Source: Sarea resinae
Taxonomy: Eukaryota
Reading direction: 5' to 3'
Assembly (NCBI GenBank): GCA_026026165.1
Contig: JAPEUD010000086.1
Coordinates: 1-64,000, forward strand
Length of the DNA stretch: 64,000 nucleotides
Shown: positions 23,946-37,563 of the stretch, piece by piece
Layout of the letters: each line of letters begins with the position of its first letter
Position numbering within the stretch: the first letter of the stretch is position 1
Notes under the pieces: model-generated
The model's input: only the letters and a program-made list of their open reading frames with translations
Told to the model about the DNA's origin: nothing
Database searches by the model: none
Position numbers and translations under genes: made by a program

Positions 23946-26900
23946 TCAAGTATAGACCTCCTCAGTAAAAGCATTCAAGCCCAGCCCCTCGCGCGCGATA
24001 TCTTCTTTGATCAGGAACTGCAACGGCATCTCCACCAGCGTGCCTCGGACCGTGCCCAGCACCTCCTTGACCTCCTGGACCCCCTTCGGCCCCGCCGAGA
24101 ACTCCTCCGCGACGACGTGTCCCCATTTGTATGAAGATGTAGCTTTCGTCTCCTCTTTCTTCTCATCGCCGCCCTCCTTCTCCTTCTTCTCGTCCTTTTT
24201 CTCCTCCTCGCGGAAGAAGCGCCCGTAGTACTCGTCATACTCCTTCCACGTCGTGACTCCATCATACGGCACTGGATGGAAGACGCGAGCAAACGCATCC
24301 GTATTCGTCTTGGCAGTACCATTCCAGAGATTCAAGAATCCATCCGACAGGGGATCGACGACCGCCGCGTCCTCTGCCGAATGCAGGTCATACCTGTTCG
24401 GTACGCCGATTGGTTCCCAGTTCTCGTCAGGATGGTTCAGATCCTGTGGCCGAAGAAGCCCCAGATGTTTCCGGCATATCTGTCGTCGCAAAGTCGCCGC
24501 GAAGTGCGATGCTCTCCACGCCTGCCCGTTGATTCGCGATTCAAGCGGTGTTGGGTCCTGCACGATGATGGCAATCTCGGAGTCGTGGTCACCCAATTGG
24601 GAACGGTCATTGAGATTGGCAGACCCACAGATGACAATCCGGTCGTCCGCAATGAGAAGCTAAATCCGTCAGCATTGCATGAGAGCACGACCATGGCAGC
24701 ATGACAGTAAATACCTTTGAGTGAACATATAGCTCCTCGCTCACAAATGCATCGATCTCGGCAAATTCTCCATTGGTCCACGGGATCTTACTAACATCCT
24801 TGCCGTCCAGCATATAGCACTCACTGACGGTATCCCATCGGCCCGCATCGGGATTCTGGTCGAGTACATGTCCAGCGGCCTCTTGGTACTTCTGGTACTG
24901 CTTCTCCCCTTCGGCGTCCTCTCCCTGCCCGCCAAAGCCGGCACCGTAATGATTGTCATGTTGCTTGCGAGCCTCTTCGTAGTCGACGCCGCTCTGGTTC
25001 TCTGCTTCTTGCATGGTAGCACCAGAGTTGATCCGGTCGTAATTTCGCAGGTTATAGAAGCGGATATAATCAGCAGGATTGAAGCCCTCCTTCGCGATCG
25101 ACTCCATGATACTATGTCCGCCGCGATTGATCGAAAAATATTGAAACTCCATGATCGCCCGGGTGGCCAGACTATCATCGTTGCGCAAATCGCCAGCAAA
25201 CGCTGGTACCGCCGGAATGACCACGATGACCTTGTACTTCTCACCCGCCCTAGCTGCCGTCAAGATTCGATCGACAATAGCCCCGCCGATTCGATTCTTG
25301 ATGGGCTTTTGAGCATCACAGGTTGCAGTGATGAAGAATTGGTTTTCGATGTAGATGAAATGCTGGCTGTTCTTGATGACTTCAATGTAGGCGTTGGCGA
25401 TTGAATGCTAGCTGAATCAGGACCGACCTCTCCAAAAGTAAAAGACATACCTCGGTCGGGATTCCGTGACTCCATTTCGCACAGCTCCTGACAATCTGGC
25501 ATTCGATGCCGTCTCGGCTGGTACTTCGATGGGATCCTTCATATTGATCCTGGACGTAGCGTAATCCCTCTGCGACTCGATCTCTCACCATTCCTCTGAG
25601 AGTACCGTCGCCATGCCTCGGGACATGACTGCCTGAACCAGAGCCATCGTCTACGGTCTCGTGGGTTTGAACACTGCCATCGGCTGGATTTTGCTGCTGT
25701 GAGCCAGGAGGGTTTCCTCCAGCAGATTGCTGCTACTTGAGTTAGCTAGAGAAAGGACGTCGTCCAGAAAACCATACCTGAGTTTCATTCTCATCCGTCT
25801 CCACGAAGCTGAGACGCGAATATCTATCGTCCTTTCTGACCGCATACTTGTCGTCGTAGATGAAATTCCATCTCTCGACAAAGTGCGCCTGCAAGTCTTG
25901 CACGACAGGGCCCTTCAAGCTTAACGATACATCAGACCAGCCCATCCGGGCATTAGTCTTCCTGTCTAACTTGTTGTCTTGATAATTGACGACATCCTGA
26001 AAGTCCATTATCCTAGCGTTATTGAAGTCTTGTCCGGGGAAGATGATCTCTTCCAGGTTTTCCGGATGGGCATCAGCAATGGGATGCTGGTTCATATCCC
26101 ACCGTCCGAAACAGAGATCGAGCCCTCCCATGAATGCGATATGGCCATCGATAAGGAGCAACTTCTCATGATGAGCCCAATATAGAACCACATCTTCGTT
26201 CGTCCCATAAATAGCCTTCAAAGTATTATCTGGTAACTCGGAAGCGGTCTTGGCGTTTAAGGACAAGTTCTTGATCGACGAGATGAAAGAAGCCTGAAGT
26301 GTTTTGGCATCGGGTAGATGGTCCGGATGGCGGAATACGCAGATGTTCCGATGGAGGTCCTCCAATGCATGCTTCGTGTGAGCAGAAGAGACTGTCACGG
26401 GCTCCATCAGTATGTTTTGAGCTTCGATCTCTTCAAGAGACGCAAATGCCGCGTCGATCCCCATCCGACACAACAAGGATGTCATCGAATCGCTCCACGG
26501 AACAAGCGAATGAAGATAGTCGGGCAGCAGCGGAGAAAGATACTTACGGGTCAGGGCCTGCGTGACTTCTTTGTAGACAATGATGTTGACCTTGACGCCT
26601 CGCTCAGCGGCAGCGAGAAGCATGCGGTCCACGCGATACTGTTCGTTCTTGGCCGGTGGTCGACGAAGGTAAAGCTCCGGCGTCAGCCACCCTGGAATTG
26701 ATCAGCTTGGAGCCTAGAAGGGCCGCGAATACCTACAGTCGAGAATCCAGATCGACTCAGAGGCCGTCTCCAAAGCCTTGGCCACAGCCGCGAAATATCC
26801 ACAGCCATCGACAAACCATTTGATGTCATTTCCGCCCCGTGGAAAAGCAAAACTGCCGAATCGATGATGGGTGTGGTCATGAGCACCATCGCTACATTGG

Positions 26901-27407
26901 CCGCCTGAATGGGTGTGGCTATGAGTGGTTTTGTCCTTGTTGAGCTTCTCGTTGAGGTCCGAGGCTAGAGTGTAGACCGTCTCGTGGGCCTTTTCGCGCA
27001 CCTTGTTGAAGAGGGAAGACATGGTCGATGATCCTTGAGCCGGTGATGCTCTTGACGGTGGGTTCTGATCGTTCAGCTGAGGTTGATACTGTTCGGTGAC
27101 ACCTCGGTTCTCCTGCTGTGTGATACGTGTGAGATTGAGAGACCATTCGCTTCCCATGGAAGAGGGATTGGCTTACCACGGTGTGATGCTGGGGAGACTG
27201 AGGAGGGTTGAGATCAGGATATTCACCATAGGCGTAGAGATCCTGGTCGTGGGAGTCTGAAAGTTCCGTCTGCTGCTGCCACTGTCTCTGAAGTCGGCGA
27301 ATGGCATTGCCAAACAGGCTCCCCTGATCCCGCTCTTGTCCAGATGCGTCATCTCGGTCGGCATGGAAGTCACCATATGCTAGATGGTCGTCCTGGTCGT
27401 CAGCCAT
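23946..27407 (-). CDS. Phospholipase D (two HKD motifs), multi-exon
   Basis: KWFVDGCGYF, WILD|WWLTPELYLRRP, WAHHEKLLLIDG..GGLDLCFGRWD, IYIENQFF, LYVHSK|LLIADD..GSANLNDRSQLGDHDSE. Start may be 27407 or the downstream ATG near 27022. Confidence 0.95.
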
Positions 27408-28024
27408 GTTGACATTCCGACGACCGTGCGCCGCGCGCGATCGACCCGTCCTAGTGGCAACTCAATTCAATCAACAGATCAACTCTGATTGAAAGTGGTC
27501 CAGCCTCACGATCGCGCACTCTAGAGTCAAGATTATCAGGAGATCTCAGGGGTCAATAATGGCAGTGATGATGATCTCGAAATCAAGTATACTCGAGTAG
27601 TACCAGAAAGACCAGCGAGTCGCACACTGGCCACACAACACACAACAACGTGGGGGAGCGGGGCCAGGGACCAGGCCAGGCCGCTGTTTCTCAACATTCC
27701 CTGCACGCATCAATGCATGCTCGAATCAAGATATTTATCCACATCTATGCAGCGGCATCGTCACCATCTATCTGCAGACAGACAGACAGCTAGAGACATC
27801 AATGAGAGGCACCATCACACGAAAGATGCCATAACGCGCGTCACACGAAAATGCAACGAATGAGTGAGCTTTTATCGATATCTACTTAGTGTCAAAAGAG
27901 AGGTACTAAGTACCTTATTTGTACTGTGCCACTGTTGTGAATGTACAGGGGGATACTTAGGAGATACCCAAACACGTATTTATCTAGAAAAAATCTCTCA
28001 GCCTATTCTACTCTACTCTAAGGT

Positions 28025-28392
28025 GCCCTGCCCTGCCCTGCCCTGCCCTGCTATACTCAATAAACAGCAAAGGTCAGAAAGGATAGAAACAAAAGGACAA
28101 GAAAGTAAGAAACTAGAGAAAAAGAAGAAGCATAACACACGGCCTACGTAAAGCACTCCCTTGACCCGCTCAAACAAAGATTCCCCTAAGCATACCAAAG
28201 CGAAGCAAAGCAAGGCAAGGATGAAACGGGATAATCTAAGGTAAACAAAGCTAAACGCTAGCTACTAGACCCTCATGTTACGTACGCCACACCAGCTAAA
28301 CCACCCACGACAGAGATGACATAGCAAACAGCGCCCGCCGCCGCCGCCACCGACAGAGCAGCGGTAAGAGCAGCGGTAAGAGCAGCGGTAAC
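28025..28392. repeat. Intergenic short tandem repeats (GCCCT)n and (GAGCAGCGGTAA)x3
   Basis: Direct reading at ~28025-28051 and ~28356-28391. Confidence 0.75.
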
Positions 28393-28536
28393 ATAGCAGG
28401 GCACAGGGGAATCGGAGAGGGAAAGACGAACAGCTACAGCTCCAGCATGATAGAAATGAAGAGAACAGAAATAGAAGCTAGACCGTTCGGACCCGAGAAA
28501 CTCCCCCCGCCCCCCTTAATCTCAAGCAGCGCGGAC

Positions 28537-31500
28537 TCAATCACCCATGACGTCGTCCTCATCATCCGCATCCTCGTCGTCTGCGTTCCTGGCCGCCGCG
28601 GCATTTTCGTCCTTCTCCTCGGCCTCCTCATCATGATCCCCGCCTTCGTCCTCGTCATCCATGTCGGCATCGACGATCAATTCGCGAGCAGCGAGGTCTT
28701 CCTCACCGCCTTCCGAGGCAGAAGCAGCGGAAGTGACACGGATAGCATCGCCAATGTCCTCGTCCTCGTCCTCGTCACTATCATCCTCGACGACAATCTC
28801 CTTGGACTTATGACTCCGGCCTCCATCAGCAGCAGCAGTAGCCTTGGCCTTCGCTCGGACTCTCGTCGACGGTTTCTTGGCCTTCGGCTCATCGAGATAT
28901 GCAATAATCTCCTTGAAGCTATGGCCCAGTCGCCCCCGATTCCGTGCTAGTCTCTCCTTCAATTGCCCCTTGAGCGGAGGAGACGAATCAATGACCTTGG
29001 CGATGATAGCGAACACGAGTTTTCCGCTCAGCTGGCAGAGCGCTCGTTCAGCCTCGAGCATGTCGCGCTGGCGCTCGTGCTCATCGACACCGTCGTCGTC
29101 GTCATCGGAGTCTTCGGCATCGGACTCGTCATCGGCGGGTTCGTCTTCGTCGCCGGCTTCAAGCACGCGGTGCGATTTCTTGGCGTATGTCTTTTCGACC
29201 GCGGCGAAGATGGACGTGATGGTAGTCTGGAGGTCTGGGGGAATCTCCTTGACCAGGTCTTGGACATGCAAGTTTCCAGCCTGGTCGGCCTCTTCTGGCT
29301 GCTGCGACGGCTTGGGTCGCGCCTGGCGGAACGTAGAGAATAGCGTGTAGATATCCAGCAGCGTATCAACGGTCGATAATCTCAGTTGATCCATGCCGCC
29401 CGTGCGCTTCTCGAGGATAGGTCGAAGAGCGGCCACGAAGGCCTCGCGACGTTCTTGAAGGTCGTTCAAGTCGCGCTCCGGGATGGGTTTTCCGGAAGCG
29501 AGCAAAGACTGAAGCGATCGGGCTTTCCACATAAAGTAGACAATCAGACATCTCTGGGCCATTGAAACGAGCATATCCTCGACGTCTTCGATCTCAGCTT
29601 CGTTGCCCGTCAGATCGTCCGAAGTGCCTCTTTTGGTGATCTGGACCAATATGGTGAAAGCGTCTGACGGCGACGTGTCGTTCTTCTTCCTCTTATTATT
29701 CGATGCAGCACTCGGCACCGCCTCGAAGGTCTCGATACAATCGGAAATCTTCGCCAAGTTGTTGATTCGTCGCAGATTGTTGGCCAGTTCGGTGGCATCG
29801 CCAAGATTGAAGTTGCCGCGGATGCTGAGATCCTTGCGCCTGGAAAACCCCTGCAACACGCCCATCGTATCCTCCCATAGCAACTGTACTTTGCCTTCAG
29901 TGACCTCTTCCAATTCTTCGAAGCTCTTTGCATGCAAGAGCGCTGCGCTAGCCTCGACGAGGACGTTTTGATCCGCGTGCGTGAGGAACTGCTTGTTGAT
30001 ATCGTCTAGGAGATCCGAATACGCCGTCGAGTCCTGGCGGAGCTCCTCGAACACGTCGAGATTGAGCACATGTTCCAGGCGGAGCACGACGGAGGCTGCT
30101 TGAGGAACGGCGCCAAACTTGTTCAGGAGCCTCGGTATCATCTGCGCTAGGTGACGAGCGGCCGTTTCTTGAATTTCGAGCGATTCTTGCTTCCGCGCCT
30201 TTGTCTTTTTCTTTCCCACTTCTTGCTCTCCACCGGATGTCAGCCGAAGCTTGACAGCCTCGTTCAGGACCTCAAGGAGGATAGTCTCTTCTTTTTCGTC
30301 GAGTTTACATTCGATCCTCAATGCCATCTCCGGATCATCGGCGCTAGCATTTTCCGTCGTCGAGGAATGGTCGAAGAGTAAATAACCAGCCAAGACCTCC
30401 CATTCGCGAACTTCAGGGATCTTGTCGTACAAGGCTTGAGCAGCAAGAGAAAAACGGGATTCTACTCCCGAAGCAACGAGAATATCGCTCGTGCCATGGG
30501 CGCCCCGCTGGATCTGACTCGGCAGTTCCTCTCGATCTTCGGAATCATAAGACTGGAGCACTTCGACCAGACACTTGAGCTTCAACCAAGAAATTCGAGG
30601 ACTGTCGAAATCTTCTTCGCCTTCGCGAGCCAGAGCCTCATCCAGAGCTTCCTCGCCGCCCACCTCTTCGAGTTTCGCTTGGAAGAGATCGTTGATATTC
30701 TCGGCAAAGAAACCCACCACTGCTTTCCGGACACGCGCTTCCGAGTCGAATAGCAGCCTCCCGACGACGTCGATGTCATCTGGCTCCAGCAGGCCGGCTT
30801 CCCGCAACGTGTCCAAGAGTTCCACGGTTGAAGAACGACAGGCTGGATCGGCGTCTCGGGCTGCCATCTCCACCAGGCGTGGTCGAAAGCGTTCCGTAAA
30901 GGTGCGTAAGCCAGCAATGTTGTCCTTGTTCTTGAACAGCTTCTGGAGCTGCTTGACAACCTCTAATCGAGTAGGCGCCGAAGTGTCCGACAAGACCCAG
31001 CCCATGTAACGCAGATACTGCCCTTCGAAGAAGAAGTCCGGAAACGCAAGGATCCAATGGCCGAGCGCCTGCATGCAATCCGCCCGAATCTTCGGGTCAA
31101 CATCTCGGTATCTATGAACAAAAACCGTGTCGAAGATGTCCCGGATAGTCGCGTCCACAGTCTCTCTCTTCCTGGCCCCTTCATCAATCTTGGCTTGGAG
31201 AGAGGCAACTCTTGCTTTGTTCACTCGCGCCTTCTTCTTTTCACCTTCCTGCTGGCGGAGTGTCTTCGCCGACGTTTCTTCTATCGCCCGTCCGACATCA
31301 CATAACGCGCTGACAATGGCAAGCGAGATGACAGTAGCGGTGTGCCTGAAGGGACGGATAGCAGACGATGACATGGTAGTCACCCAGACTTGAATGTTCT
31401 CAATAAGTGCAAGGTCGTCGTACAGGGCCGAGGTCGCGTCCATGGTCGCAACGAGGGAGACGAAGAAACCCATCAGAGTGGCTCGAAAAGGCGCATGGCC

Positions 31501-32317
31501 TCTCGCCTTCGAGATGAGGGGATACTCGGTGATTTTTTGCTGGGCGAACAAATGTTAGCTGATAGGTCTGGAGAATGAGTCGAAGTGACGTACAGCTTGA
31601 TACTCGTCCTGTAAATCCGCCAATCTACCCGTGACATTGTCTGGGTCTTCGATATCATGAATCGTCACCTCCAGATCACATCCAGTACACCGAAGAACGA
31701 AGTTGATGAGATCCGTCATGGCAATCGCGTTGTGCGCTTCGTAGCTATTCAGCCACTGTGCAGCCACTGCATCGACGGATTGACCAGTAGCAAAGACCTC
31801 CGCTACAGACAAATGCTAGTCAGCCATACTAGTCAGTCGTGAGATCATGCGAAGGGTGCAGCCCACCATAGAGTCCGCCAATAGCTTCAGCCGCAGCCGC
31901 AGCCTGTCCACGTGGCTTTCTAGGCTTTCGCGTCCCGTTAATGGCAGGCCTCATGGCCAGCGTCTTCTGAGACGCATTGGCCGTCCTGGGTCTCTTCGCG
32001 ACGGGCTTCGACTGGGTCTTTCTAGCGCGCGCCGCCTTCCTCTTCTTCTCCTTTATTTCCTCCTCATCCACGTCGCTATCCTCGCTCTCCGAGCTGTCGT
32101 CCTCGGACGCGTCTTCATCTTCGACCTCATTCTCATCGTCACCGGGTTGCTGAGCGCGTTTTCGTTTGGATTTGCTATTGTTGAGACCGAAATCGGTGGC
32201 CGCCAGTATTTCGGGCTTCTTGATCACGCGTCCGGATTTGCGCCGAGTGGCCGCGTTGTCGCTGTGGTCGGACGATGCTGGGTCGGAGAGCTCCATGCTT
32301 GAGAGACGGGCAGGCAT
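28537..32317 (-). CDS. SCC3: Cohesin subunit Scc3/SA/STAG (Psc3/Irr1 orthologue); 3 exons
   Basis: STAG domain RPFRHTATVISL, VFVHRYRDVDPKIR, YLRYMGWVLSD, RFRPRLVEMA. Acidic N- and C-termini. Start at 32317 or 32296. Confidence 0.95.
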
Positions 32318-33009
32318 TAGAGTTGCATGTCCGACGAGATGATCGTGGTGTTCTGTTTGGCCGACGCGATCGGATTACGGGGTGGTCCTTGGCACGTCGA
32401 TTGATGTGGATGGATGCGGGAGACGTGTTGGCGCGATTGACGGATGAATTTGCCGAGTTGCGCTGCGACGAAGAAGGGTTGGCCGCCCACTTGACTTGGG
32501 CGAGAGAGGGCAGCTGCGCGAAGGAGAAAGACTGGTGATGGTTCGAGAGATGAGTTGGACGAGAACGACAAAGAAGAAATGCAAAGGGGCGCTCTGTAAT
32601 CGACGAGATGCCGGCTGGACACAAAGACGATCTTGACTCGTGAGAGGGGCACTGATTATCGTGGGCAGGAGAGGAGGGAGAGATCGAGTCCCAGACAGCA
32701 GCAATACACGAATACACGGCCGTTGCACGCGTCGCACACTCGTTTGCGGGTCACAGTGGAGGGAAACTCGCATGACTCAGCACAACCCCCCTCCCCCCTC
32801 GACACCGCCACGGCAGTACGATGGTACGCAGTAAACGGATCAACATATATGAAGTAAACACCAGAAAAGAGGCCAGGAGAGGAGATCCAGTGTAAGTGAT
32901 CGAAGAGATATGGACTGGAGGCTCCAATGCTAAAGTCATAGCTTTCCCTATCCGACCGAAGTGGCCTCGTTCAGATGCACGATGCCTGAGCAACACCTCA
33001 TCATCAACA

Positions 33010-34098
33010 ATGGTGCCCGCATCCATGGCCGGCGATAACGCCCCACCAACCAGCCTGTCGCCCTTCTCGACCTCCACCTCCACCTCCACCACTCCCCCTG
33101 GTCACGGCACCATCTTCGTCTCCATCCTGCCTCCAAGCCGGCCCTCAATCCGCACCCTCAACTTCACCTACCCCCTGAAGCTGATTTCCCCGGACCCCAT
33201 CACCCTGCCAAACGAGCGCACCGTCCTGCTGATCTTCCTCCTGACCTACGGCGGCGGCCTCGTCGCGGGCGATAGCATCACGCTGGGCATCACGCTCGCG
33301 CCCGAGACCCGCCTCAGCCTCGTCACGCAGGGCTCGACCAAGATCTTCAAGTCGCCGCGGCGCGACCTCATCAGCCGGCAGACGCTGGACGTGGCCATCG
33401 GTCGCGGCGCCGCGCTCTGCTACCTGCCTGATCCGACGCAGCCGTTTGCGCAGAGCTGCTACGAACAGAGGCAGATCTTCGGCGTGGCGCATGACGCGAG
33501 TCTGTGCGCGCTGGACTGGGTGAGCGAGGGCAGGAGGGCGAGGGGGGAGAAGTGGGATTTCTGGAGCTGGGCCGGTAAGAACGAGGTCTGGACTCTGGCA
33601 GGCGACGATAATGGCGGCGACGGAGATGGAGACGGGCTGGGCTATTCGAGGAAGAGGCTGCTCTTGCGGGACAATATCGTGCTTGATAGTCAAGCAGAGG
33701 GGTTCTCCGAGACCCTGTCGGCGCGGATGGATGGCCTAGGCATATTTGGGACCTTGATCCTACGAGGTCCGATCTTCGAAAGACTCGGGAGATATTTCTT
33801 GGATGAATTCTCCCAGATGCCGAGGATCGGCGGCCGGAACTGGTCGAGCGATGCGGAACAGCAGCGGCAGCAGCAGCAGCAGAAATCGTCCCCGGCGGAA
33901 ACGAAAAGAGCTGCGCGATTGAGGCGAGAAAAGGAAGACCGCGTGCTGTGGACGGCGGCGGCGGTGCGCGGCGTGACACTGGTCAAGTTCGGGGCGTCCG
34001 AGGTCGAGGGGGCAAGGAGCTGGCTCGGCGGCATGCTAAGGGAAGAGGGCACGGTGCTCGAGGAGTTTGGAGAGGGCGCCCTCCTGTGTCTTCGCTGA
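33010..34098 (+). CDS. ureD: Urease accessory protein UreD
   Basis: FTYPLKLISP, LLTYGGGLVAGD, TQGSTKIFK, LPDPTQPF, DWVSEGR.ARGEKW. Start at 33010 or 33025. Confidence 0.95.
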   Translation: MVPASMAGDNAPPTSLSPFSTSTSTSTTPPGHGTIFVSILPPSRPSIRTLNFTYPLKLISPDPITLPNERTVLLIFLLTYGGGLVAGDSITLGITLAPETRLSLVTQGSTKIFKSPRRDLISRQTLDVAIGRGAALCYLPDPTQPFAQSCYEQRQIFGVAHDASLCALDWVSEGRRARGEKWDFWSWAGKNEVWTLAGDDNGGDGDGDGLGYSRKRLLLRDNIVLDSQAEGFSETLSARMDGLGIFGTLILRGPIFERLGRYFLDEFSQMPRIGGRNWSSDAEQQRQQQQQKSSPAETKRAARLRREKEDRVLWTAAAVRGVTLVKFGASEVEGARSWLGGMLREEGTVLEEFGEGALLCLR

Positions 34099-34260
34099 TT
34101 GATGGCATCCTCTGGCGTTGTCAATACCCCAGTGTATATTCTATTTACAAGGGTCTTATCTAGGATTAGAAAATTAAAAATTTTAAAAAGCTATATTAGC
34201 TTAACGGTATATCAAGAGAACTAGAAGAGAGTACCTTGTAGATAAGGTAGTAGTGCTTAG

Positions 34261-34350
34261 GGAGTTTGGTGAGGGCGCTCTCCTGTGTCTTCGCTGATTG
34301 ATAGGTAATTCCTCAATGCATCTTCTAGCGTGATAAACACCTGTGTATGA
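34261..34350 (+). repeat. Duplicated copy of the ureD 3' end
   Basis: 34261-34302 matches 34062-34103 at 40/42 nt, including the stop codon; weaker similarity continues on both sides. Confidence 0.9.
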
Positions 34351-34761
34351 TTCAATGCATAGAGAGAAATTTCGCAATATATATCTAAGACGACCTTATA
34401 CCTCTTACTACACTACACTACACTACACTATTGAGCTCCAAAGCTCTTCTCCTTTACTTAAGGTACCTAGATAAGGTAGGTAGAGAGGGTTTATCTACCT
34501 AGTAATCTAGTCTGGTCTGGTCTAGTCTAGTCTGCTATATGGCTTCTTAGGGGTCCTTTTTCTTCTATCAAGTATCACTCACATGGACAGAGAAGAGAGG
34601 AAAAGAGAAAACACAGGACTAGGTATAGTTTCTATATGGATCTATCTCAAACGGCCATGCTTCCAACGCCAGTACAGACCGACCGACCGACCGACAGACA
34701 GACAGACACCAGAGATGCGCTTACAAGTCAACAGAGACAGCAGAGACGACGGAATGACCAA

Positions 34762-36256
34762 TCACCGATCATCCCAGTCGCGCTCGCTGACGGCCTTCAA
34801 GTCGTCGACATTCAGCATGTCGACGCCCTCGCGCACGAGCACGTCCCAGAGATGCTTCCGGAGCCCGATCGGCCAACCGGGGAAGCTCCAGTAGCGAACC
34901 TTGAGGCCGCGACGGTGGGCGCCGCGGATCTGGCCGCGGATCAGCCCCATCTGCCGGCGCGAGAGCCGGTTCCGCCAGATGAAGCCGATCGATTTGCGGA
35001 AGGACACAGATGCGTAGTAGCTGTTCTGGCGGTTGTACACGTTGGCGTTGGTGACGCCGGACGTGCCGGTTCGGCCCTGGCCGCCGGCGTTGTCGCGTTT
35101 GGTGCGTTTTTGGGGTTTGATATCCGGAAGGTTGGAGGAGTCGGGGTGGTCGTCGAGGTCGCCGTTGGGGTCGGGCACGTGAGATTCTTTGGTGTATTCG
35201 TGGCGATGAACGCCCCATGGATGGCCGTCCTCGCCGGGCGGTGGGAGAGCAGGTGGGCCTTGGCCCTGCGCTTCCTCGACGGATCCTTCACCCTCGAAGA
35301 GCAGCTCTCCCGGGGCGTCGCCGGCGTCTTCGGGCCAGCCCTGGGAGCCTTCCCAAAACTGGTCCAGGGGCGCATCGAAGAAAACGTCCCGATAGTTCGG
35401 ATCGGCCGTCATCAGATCGAACGGCGCATTCCCCGTGCCGACGACGGTGATGGGACCTTCGATGACTTTGGTGCCGTTGAAATAGGTGAGGTAGTGACGA
35501 CTCCGCAAGGGTTCCAATTGGGCCTTGACCAGGGGCCAAACGGCCTCGCCCGAATTCTTGAAGTCGATGAGGAGGACGACGGTCTGTTCGGGTTTGGTGT
35601 CGAAGATGCCGTACTTGGTGGTGTTGGTGTTGCTAAATTCGGTCGGCGAGTTCTGTCGGTCGAGGATCTCGACGAGAGGGTCGATGTAGAGGGCTCGCAG
35701 GGTTCGGTCCCGCGTCAGCGAGACGGTGTTGTGGCCGACGAAGAGTTCGTCATCAAAGGCCCAGACGTCGGCTTCGATGCCGGTACAGCCGGCCGAGATG
35801 GCCGAATAGAGCGGCACGGGCCGCCAGTAATCGTTGTGGGAGTGGCATGGGATGGGTTGAATGTCCCGGGTCAGGTCGGTGGGCCAGTGATTCAGCGCCT
35901 CGCTCTTGCGATGGCTGGATTTCCGCCAGGCCTTGAGCATCCTCGGCGGATGGTCGGGATAGATCAAGGCGGACAGGGTCAGGAGCAAGCTGAAGAGCTG
36001 TACGATGCCACTAGCACGGAGTCAGTCGACGAAGAGGAAAGAAAAACTCGGACTCGGGAGACACGCACAGCACGATCAGCACGGCAATCATCAACAGTCC
36101 GCAGACTTTGCCTATCGGCCTCGTCCTGCGGCCGCCACGATTCTTCTTGGTCCAGAGCAGCGGCTCGCCCGACAGAGAGACATGTCCGTACTGCGAGCGT
36201 AGATGCATCAACGACAGCAGCTTGCCATAGACGGCGTTGAACTTCCTCGCGAGCAT
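34762..36256 (-). CDS. AIM6: AIM6-like PLC-like phosphodiesterase with N-terminal TM helix; intron 36011-36068
   Basis: PCHSHNDYWR, GCTGIEADVW, LFVGH, VLLIDFK, ITVVGTGNAP, AHRRGLKVRYW, GVDMLNVDDL. Confidence 0.85.
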
Positions 36257-37563
36257 CGTGGTGTCCGAGTCGCCATGGTCAGCGGACGAAGGAGACTTGG
36301 AAAAGCACGAGTACGCAGGCGAGGCGGCGGCGGGTGGAGCGGACGGCGAGTCGGCCGGGAGATGACGGCGGGGACCGGGGACGGACCTCTCTAGCGAGCG
36401 GGTCGAAGTAGGAGCAGAAGAGCGGGGATCATTGTGATGATTGTTGGGAATTGGAGGACGCAGACGATGATAGTCGTCGTCGATTGCTCTCTGCGGACGG
36501 GGACAGCGACGGCTCTTCTGATGAGGATGGTCTGGCCGCGTCAGCTTGGCGGGAGCGCGGCTCGTGCGGTGGTCGGTGCAGACGTCGGTGGGCCGGGTGG
36601 CCACGGCCGCTGTCGGACGGTAGCCGCGCCCGATCACGTAATCACGCTCCATCGTATGTACGATGTACTGGACGAACACTCGGAGGTTGCCCTGAACCTC
36701 AACCTGCCCGATGTCTGCACAGAGCACGATGAAGGCAATGATGGTGCACGAAGAAGGATGCGATCAGAAGAGCCAAGACCGAAGACGGAAGATCCAAGAC
36801 CGAAGAGAAGACAGAAGATGGCAGCCCTGGAGGAGAGCGGTCGCACGGAATCGTGATGGTCCTCTCGCGGTCTCGGTCTCTCTCTCTCATCGCTTGCAAA
36901 CCAGCCCGGACCGTGAACAGCCAGAGGGAGACCGCGAAGGGCATAACGGCAGGCACGCAGGCAGGACTGGATGCGGCCACGGTCGTCTTATATACCGACC
37001 GTCAGCTCTCCACCCCTCCCTCCACCGGGCGGGTTGGTCTCCTTTCATGCTCGACCACTCCATGTCCATCTGGACGACGCCATCGACCATCGACAGCGTT
37101 AGGGTTACCGTAGCACACTCTTCTCTTGGGGTCCGACTGGCCCCGTCCATTGTATGATATCTTGGAGTAGTCGTGGTAGTACTGCGCAGTAAGGTGTCTT
37201 CCCGTATGCAAGTACTCCGTACCCGTCCATGGTCGATGGTCTCCGCTCGCTTCGTTCAACTGCAGTACATACTAAGGTCGTCCACGGAGCCAATCACACC
37301 CCACCATGGCAGCACCCGGCCATGGCCACCGCAACACTGGCATCGAATCTTCACCACCTCTCCATCGACTACACTCCACTCCACTGCACTGACTACACTC
37401 CACTGCACCCACGTTCTGCGCTCATCTCCCATCACTGGCCGCCATCGAATCATCGTCACGGGGACCACCGCAGAGAGTCGGTCATTCATCGTCTAGCGAG
37501 GAGCTCAGACGCACTCTGCCATCCCGACTTTTCGAGACATCCATCTACCAGATCAATCACAGC

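Noticed and set aside
15037..34098. Purine/urea catabolism cluster (NCS1 permease + ureD)
   Set aside because: 16 kb apart and separated by unrelated housekeeping genes.
34636..36240. 534-aa plus-strand ORF
   Set aside because: Antisense shadow of the GC3-rich AIM6-like gene; no recognisable motifs.
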